From Acidobacteriota bacterium (GTDB lineage Bacteria; Acidobacteriota; CAIWXX01): a stretch of DNA of 64,000 nucleotides. The position numbers and the translations under genes were made by a program. The DNA is taken from NCBI GenBank assembly GCA_040755995.1, contig JBFMAF010000055.1, positions 96,001 to 160,000 on the forward strand, in the 5' to 3' direction. The notes beneath the pieces are model-generated. The model was given only the letters and a program-made list of their open reading frames with translations, was not told the origin of the DNA and searched no databases. Shown piece after piece: positions 59,338-64,000 of the stretch (position 1 is its first letter; each line of letters opens with the position of its first letter).

Positions 59338-60303
59338 TCAGCCCCTGAGATGGCTGGCCGCCACCTCCGGCGGGATCGGGTTCGTGAAGAATCCGGTGCC
59401 CCACTCGAAGCCCGCGAGGGCGGTCAGTCGCGGGCGGACCTCGATGTGCCAGTGATACGATTGCTCCGGCGGGTCTCGGAACGGAGCGCTGTGAACGATC
59501 AGCGTATAGGATGGATCCCGCAGACGCTTCTGAAGCATCTCAAATGATGTGCGGACAGCCATCGCAAGGTCTGCCAGCTCGTCATCGGCGCTGGCGGCGA
59601 AGTCGGCCCGGTGCAGCAGCGGCATGATGAGCAGCTCGAAGGGATAGCGGGAGGCGTACGGAGCGTGGACGAGGACGTGATCGGTCAGCATCACGGTCCG
59701 GCTGGGATCCTTGAGCTCCTCGTCCCGCATGTCGCACCATACGCAGCGCTCCTTGAAGCGATAGTAGCTCTCCGCCCCCTGGATCTCCTCCACGAGCGTC
59801 CGCGGGACGATCGGGAGGCCGACGACGTGGGAGTGTGGATGAGGGAAACGACTTGCCATGCCGCCATAGTTCTTGACGACGAGGCTGGAGCGCAGGCGCG
59901 GGTCCTTTCGGATTTCACAAAACCTCTCGCGGTAGGTGCGAAAGACGAGTGCGACCTGTTCGGCATCCATCGTGGCCCATGATCGCAGATGCTCCCGAGA
60001 CTCAATCACGATCTCATGGACGCCGACTCCGTTCATGCGATCGTAGATCCCCTTCGGCTGGCGGTCCAGCTTGCCCTCGGTGCACAGGATGGGCCGGATG
60101 TCGGATACGACGCGAGTTCTCCAATTCCCCTGGTCATCGCGGATGGAGAATATTTCTCTTTCGTTGTTCGACGCAGGGCAGAATGGACATACGCTCGGCA
60201 GCGTGTCCTCCTCCCGAGGAAAGAGCCCCTCGATCCCGACGGCTCTTTCCCGCGGTATCGTGATCCACCGCTCGACCACAGGATCCTTCCGAAGCTCGAT
60301 CAT
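59338..60303 (-). CDS. GalT-family (galactose-1-phosphate uridylyltransferase-like) HIT-superfamily protein, divergent
   Basis: ELRKDP, CPFC, G.G.HEIVIES..H, HPHSH, CVWCD, PYASRYPFE, YHWHIE, AGFEWGTG. Confidence 0.85.
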   Translation of the reverse strand: MIELRKDPVVERWITIPRERAVGIEGLFPREEDTLPSVCPFCPASNNEREIFSIRDDQGNWRTRVVSDIRPILCTEGKLDRQPKGIYDRMNGVGVHEIVIESREHLRSWATMDAEQVALVFRTYRERFCEIRKDPRLRSSLVVKNYGGMASRFPHPHSHVVGLPIVPRTLVEEIQGAESYYRFKERCVWCDMRDEELKDPSRTVMLTDHVLVHAPYASRYPFELLIMPLLHRADFAASADDELADLAMAVRTSFEMLQKRLRDPSYTLIVHSAPFRDPPEQSYHWHIEVRPRLTALAGFEWGTGFFTNPIPPEVAASHLRG

Positions 60304-60304
60304 C

Positions 60305-60928
60305 TCACACCCCCCTCCCTCTCTCCTTCGCTTTTTCAATCTCTACCGCCAGCTGGCCCAGGATCTCCCTCCACTCTTGCGCCGCCGGAGCCAACTGGTG
60401 ATCCAGGATGTCCGCCGTCTGCGTCCAGTCAGATCGCTCTCGCGCAGCCCGGATCGTGCGCAGCGTCCGGGACAGTTCCCTCATCTTGAGGTCGAGGCCG
60501 ATCACGTCATCATCGAGAGCCAGCAACGCCCGGGGGTAGCTCTCGTTCACTCCCTGGAGCATCTCCAGGAGGTTCTCCAAGCCGGCGAGCACAGGTGCGA
60601 GTGCATCGTCTCCCTCGGCGGTTCGGGACATGCGGTAGCTCAGGGCCACAGCGCCAATTCCTGCAGATGTCTCCAGCAGGAACTGTCGCATCAGACCGAT
60701 GCCGAGAAGGAGCAACGACTTGACGCGTGCGCTCTCGACACGGACCTCGTGAATAGCGTCGGTCGGAGTTTGAAGCAGCCCTGCATCGAGATGCGTCTCG
60801 GCACCGTCAACCAGAACACGGGAGATCGCGTGGCCCTCGTCCAGGTACCCCTCGGCTTCATATAGAAGCTCGAGCAGGCTGGCGGCGGAGCTCTCGTAGG
60901 GCCGGCCGTTCACAATCAGCGAAACCAT
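60305..60928 (-). CDS. hypothetical protein
   Basis: 207-aa ORF co-oriented between the peroxiredoxin and GalT-like genes; short beta N-terminus then helical. Confidence 0.65.
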   Translation of the reverse strand: MVSLIVNGRPYESSAASLLELLYEAEGYLDEGHAISRVLVDGAETHLDAGLLQTPTDAIHEVRVESARVKSLLLLGIGLMRQFLLETSAGIGAVALSYRMSRTAEGDDALAPVLAGLENLLEMLQGVNESYPRALLALDDDVIGLDLKMRELSRTLRTIRAARERSDWTQTADILDHQLAPAAQEWREILGQLAVEIEKAKERGRGV

Positions 60929-60995
60929 GGCGTTGCTGTGCGCAGGAGACAGCGGAACCCCGCCTCGACAGGCCAGGGCAGGACCCCGCATCCTA

Positions 60996-61610
60996 CTACT
61001 TGTTCAGCGCCTCGTGAACCCGCCCAACCATCGCCGCCGACGGTGCGAGGGTCTTGTCCCCTTCGTCCTTCCACTTCGACGGGCATGCCTCGTTCTTCTT
61101 CTTGGAGAGGTATATGTTGGCCTTCAGCTTTCGTATCAGTTCCTCGACGTTGCGTCCGAGATTGTAGAAGTTGACCTCGGAATTCAGCAGGGTTCCTTCG
61201 GGGCTGATGAGAAACGCGCCGCGGAGCGCGAGGCCGGTCGCCTCGTCGTATACGCCGAACATGCGGCTGAGCTTGCCGGTCGGATCCGACCCCATCGGAT
61301 AACGAACTCCCGCCAGTTCCTTCTCGTCTCTCTGCCATGCCAGGTGCACGAACTTGGTGTCGGTACTGATCGTGATGAGCTCGGCGCCGAGCTTCTTCAT
61401 CCGCTCATACTGCTCTGCCAGAGCAGCAAACTCCGTCGCTCAAACGAAGGTGAAATCGGCAGGATAGAAGAACAGGATCGTCCACTTGTTCTGGGACTTC
61501 AAACTCTCCAGGTCGATCTTGCCAAAATCACCCGTCGCCGGGTTGTAGATTTCCAGCTCGAAGTTGGGCACGCTCTGCCCAATCCTCAAGATTGCCACTG
61601 GTTCCGACAT
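60996..61610 (-). CDS. ahpC: AhpC-type peroxiredoxin, selenocysteine at the peroxidatic position
   Basis: ATG 61610 with GGGAG RBS; continuous frame ...FFYPADFTFV-TGA(61442..61440)-ATEFAALA..., ISTD..FVHLAW, ALRG.FLI, GRNVEE, EACPSKW. Confidence 0.9.
61408..61428 (-). promoter_or_regulatory. SECIS-like hairpin
   Basis: UGCUGCUCU-GGC-AGAGCAGUA starts 11 nt after the UGA; G-containing apical loop. Confidence 0.75.
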
Positions 61611-61733
61611 GTCATCTCCCTCCTAATTTCTCGTAATTTACATCCCACCGCCGTTCCATCGATCGCTAATGATAGCATCCGCGTGAGGCAAATCCAACCG
61701 CAGCCGCGGGCATCGACGTTCGCGCGGCGCTGC

Positions 61734-63128
61734 TCAGGCGCGCACCCGGCCCGCGTAGGAGTGCCATGTGAAGAGCGCTGCTGCGAACACGACACAGTTC
61801 ACAAGTATCAGCGGCCAGTAAGGCGCTGCCGCCGGAAACGTGCATCGCAGTGCGAGCTCGACGTCGCCCATGCGTTCACGCAGGGCCAGCAGGGAGGGTG
61901 ATGTGAAGGGCTTGTAACGAAACCCGACGGACCAGATGACCGTCCAATGGATCGCCTGCAATGCGACGGCCGCCAGACCGGCGATGCGGAGCACGAGGTT
62001 GGGGAGGCCACGCGGGAATCCGGACAGGCTCATTCCGTACAGCAGGAACAGGACGGACACGGCGGGAGCGAGGTATCGCAGGTCGTGGGTCCCGCCTCCC
62101 CAGAAGAATTGCAGCTTCGACGTGAGCAGCAGCATGGCGGTCGCGAATGCGACCGCCAGCGTGCAGAAGGCGCGATTCGCACGCCAGAGGAACCGAGCGC
62201 CGATCAAGGCGGGAACGAATACGGGCTGCCATACCAGCAGTCCCCACTCGCGGGATCGGAGGATGCTCCAGAGACCGGTGAGCAGGGGGACGGTGTAGGC
62301 GGAGCCGACTCCGGTGACGGGCAGCGTGCTCAGGTGGTAGTCGTACGACAGAGCGAACGGCGACTTGAAGCAGGACCAGTTGTAGAAAAGGAAGAAGACC
62401 AGCACGGGCATGCCGCCCGCCACGAAGCCCGCCGCATCCCGGATCGCCTGGGTACGGCCCCCTCGCCGTGATCTCCAGGCCAGCGGGATGGCGGTCGCGG
62501 GAACCAGCAATGCCAGCTGATACTCGGTGATTGTCCCGAGGCCTGCCAGGACCCCCATCACCGCAGCGTGCCACCAGCGCCGGCAGTGGAGATAGTCGTA
62601 TGCAACCAGCAGGTAGATCAGCGTCAAGAGGGTGGCCAGCGCGTGCGAGAAGAAGACGTTCGCGTAGGTCCAGTTCAGGCTCCCAAGCGCGAAGCAGATC
62701 GAGGCGAAGCCTGCATGTGCCCGGCTGCCGGTCAATCGCAGCAGCAGGGCAAAAAGAACTGCCACGTTCAGAGCAGCGGCGAGATTCGACATGCTGACCG
62801 CATAGAAGAAAGGGTCGAAGCGAGCGTCAAGATGAAACCACTCGAGCAGAGAGCGACCCACGGCATAAAACGGCGCGGCGATGAGCGCATTGCCCGGGGG
62901 CCGGTCCGCAAAATAATGCCCGTCCACCACGGCCACGTCGAAGTAGTTCGTATAGTGTGCGAAGTCGTCGATGCAGAACGTTCGCTCCTCCACGATCGCC
63001 CGCAAGAGCGCGTAATGACAGCCGTCGTTAATGGACATCGGTGGAATGAACGAGGCGGCCGCGTAGAAACAGTACAGCGCACAGAGTGGAAGGGTGCGGA
63101 CGAGCGTATCTCGGATGTTCACCTTCAT
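61734..63128 (-). CDS. polytopic membrane protein, GT-C glycosyltransferase-like
   Basis: about 11 hydrophobic segments; acidic loop after TM1 (NDG...DRPPG); late RYL.P motif. Confidence 0.6.
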   Translation of the reverse strand: MKVNIRDTLVRTLPLCALYCFYAAASFIPPMSINDGCHYALLRAIVEERTFCIDDFAHYTNYFDVAVVDGHYFADRPPGNALIAAPFYAVGRSLLEWFHLDARFDPFFYAVSMSNLAAALNVAVLFALLLRLTGSRAHAGFASICFALGSLNWTYANVFFSHALATLLTLIYLLVAYDYLHCRRWWHAAVMGVLAGLGTITEYQLALLVPATAIPLAWRSRRGGRTQAIRDAAGFVAGGMPVLVFFLFYNWSCFKSPFALSYDYHLSTLPVTGVGSAYTVPLLTGLWSILRSREWGLLVWQPVFVPALIGARFLWRANRAFCTLAVAFATAMLLLTSKLQFFWGGGTHDLRYLAPAVSVLFLLYGMSLSGFPRGLPNLVLRIAGLAAVALQAIHWTVIWSVGFRYKPFTSPSLLALRERMGDVELALRCTFPAAAPYWPLILVNCVVFAAALFTWHSYAGRVRA

Positions 63129-63161
63129 CGTCGCAGGGTTTTCATCCGCTGGTACGGATCG

Positions 63162-64000
63162 TCAGCCCGCGTCACGATCCGGCGATCGCATTGTTGCCTT
63201 GCGGTGCGCTCTATTGCGGGGCGAATGGCGGCTGGATTCGCGCGCGATCAACCTCAGCAGTGTCGCGACCCCGTGTCCCGTCGCACCCTTTCCGCTGGCC
63301 GCGAGCTCTTTCTCCATGAACGCCGGCCCCGCGATGTCCAGGTGTACCCAGGGTGTGGATTCCACGAACTCCTTAAGGAACAGGCCTGCTTTGATGGCTC
63401 CTCCATCCTTTCCATACCCCGAGTTCTTGACGTCGGCGACGTCGCTCTTCAGAGTCTCCTTGTACTCCTCCAGCAACGGCAGCTCCCACACCCGCTCTCC
63501 GGCACCATCGGCCGCTTCCATGAGCGCTTTCTTCAGCCCCGCATCGTCCCCCATGAGACCGGTGCAGTTGGCTCCAAGAGCGATCACGCATGCCCCGGTC
63601 AGCGTGGCAAGATCGATGATCCAGTCCGGCTTCTGCCGTTCGGCATACACCAGCGCGTCGGCCAGGATCAGCCGCCCCTCTGCGTCGGTGTTCACGATCT
63701 CCACCGTCTTCCCGTTCATGATCCTGAGGATGTCGCCCGGCTTGTAAGCCGCCCCACCTGGCATGTTCTCCGTGGCGGGGATGATCCCTATCACTTCGGA
63801 GGACGGCCTCAGACGGGGCAGGGCGGCGAAAACCCCGAGCACCGAGGCGGCACCGGACATGTCGCACTTCATCGTTGCCATCCCGTCCGCGGTCTTCAAA
63901 TCGAGCCCGCCGCTGTCGAAGGTGATGCCCTTGCCGACCAGAGCGATTCTAATCGAGCCCCGCCGCGGCCGGTAGCGGATGACAATGAATCGCGGTTCCT
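63162..64000 (-). CDS. pepA: leucyl aminopeptidase (M17), 3' part
   Basis: LVGKGITFDSGG, MKCDMSG, ENMPGG, NTDAEGRL.LAD, DLATLTGA, WVHLDIAG; start outside the window. Confidence 0.95.
   Translation of the reverse strand, partial: EPRFIVIRYRPRRGSIRIALVGKGITFDSGGLDLKTADGMATMKCDMSGAASVLGVFAALPRLRPSSEVIGIIPATENMPGGAAYKPGDILRIMNGKTVEIVNTDAEGRLILADALVYAERQKPDWIIDLATLTGACVIALGANCTGLMGDDAGLKKALMEAADGAGERVWELPLLEEYKETLKSDVADVKNSGYGKDGGAIKAGLFLKEFVESTPWVHLDIAGPAFMEKELAASGKGATGHGVATLLRLIARESSRHSPRNRAHRKATMRSPDRDAG

Noticed and set aside
60996..61610. Peroxiredoxin as a nonsense-mutated pseudogene
   Set aside because: The stop is TGA exactly at the catalytic Cys codon, both halves are intact and a correctly spaced hairpin follows; Sec recoding fits better.

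Overview
High-GC bacterial chromosomal segment; gene content (Oar-type TonB receptor, pilMNOPQ followed by lipoproteins, DksA/TraR style) suggests an Acidobacteriota- or deltaproteobacteria-like organism, which is inference only. Housekeeping blocks: hemW, accB-accC, rplU-rpmA-obgE-rsfS-rlmH-dksA-comF, a four-gene 2-oxoacid dehydrogenase operon plus lipoate ligase, rlmN, purD-purE-mtaB, ppiD, nadE, pepA. No rRNA, tRNA, CRISPR array, integrase or transposase was recognised. Most notable: (1) a peroxiredoxin split by the ORF track because its peroxidatic codon is an in-frame TGA followed 11 nt later by a SECIS-like hairpin (selenoprotein); (2) a co-oriented cluster of two 455-aa circularly permuted ATP-grasp paralogues, a YbdK/GCS2 carboxylate-amine ligase and a TPR-thioredoxin, a candidate undescribed gamma-glutamyl peptide/thiol or peptide-tagging system; (3) a 1591-aa pseudokinase / degenerate STAND-ATPase / TPR / GAF / sigma54-activator fusion; (4) a headless sigma54 activator lacking the Walker B glutamate, inserted between rsfS and rlmH; (5) an extended type IV pilus locus with two lipoproteins, a TPR protein and an MglC-like roadblock protein; (6) a hyper-acidic 87-aa protein behind tandem promoters; (7) a GalT-like protein with an HxHxH motif; (8) several dispersed palindromic and short tandem repeat families. 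All calls come from motif recognition by eye; no database searches were run.
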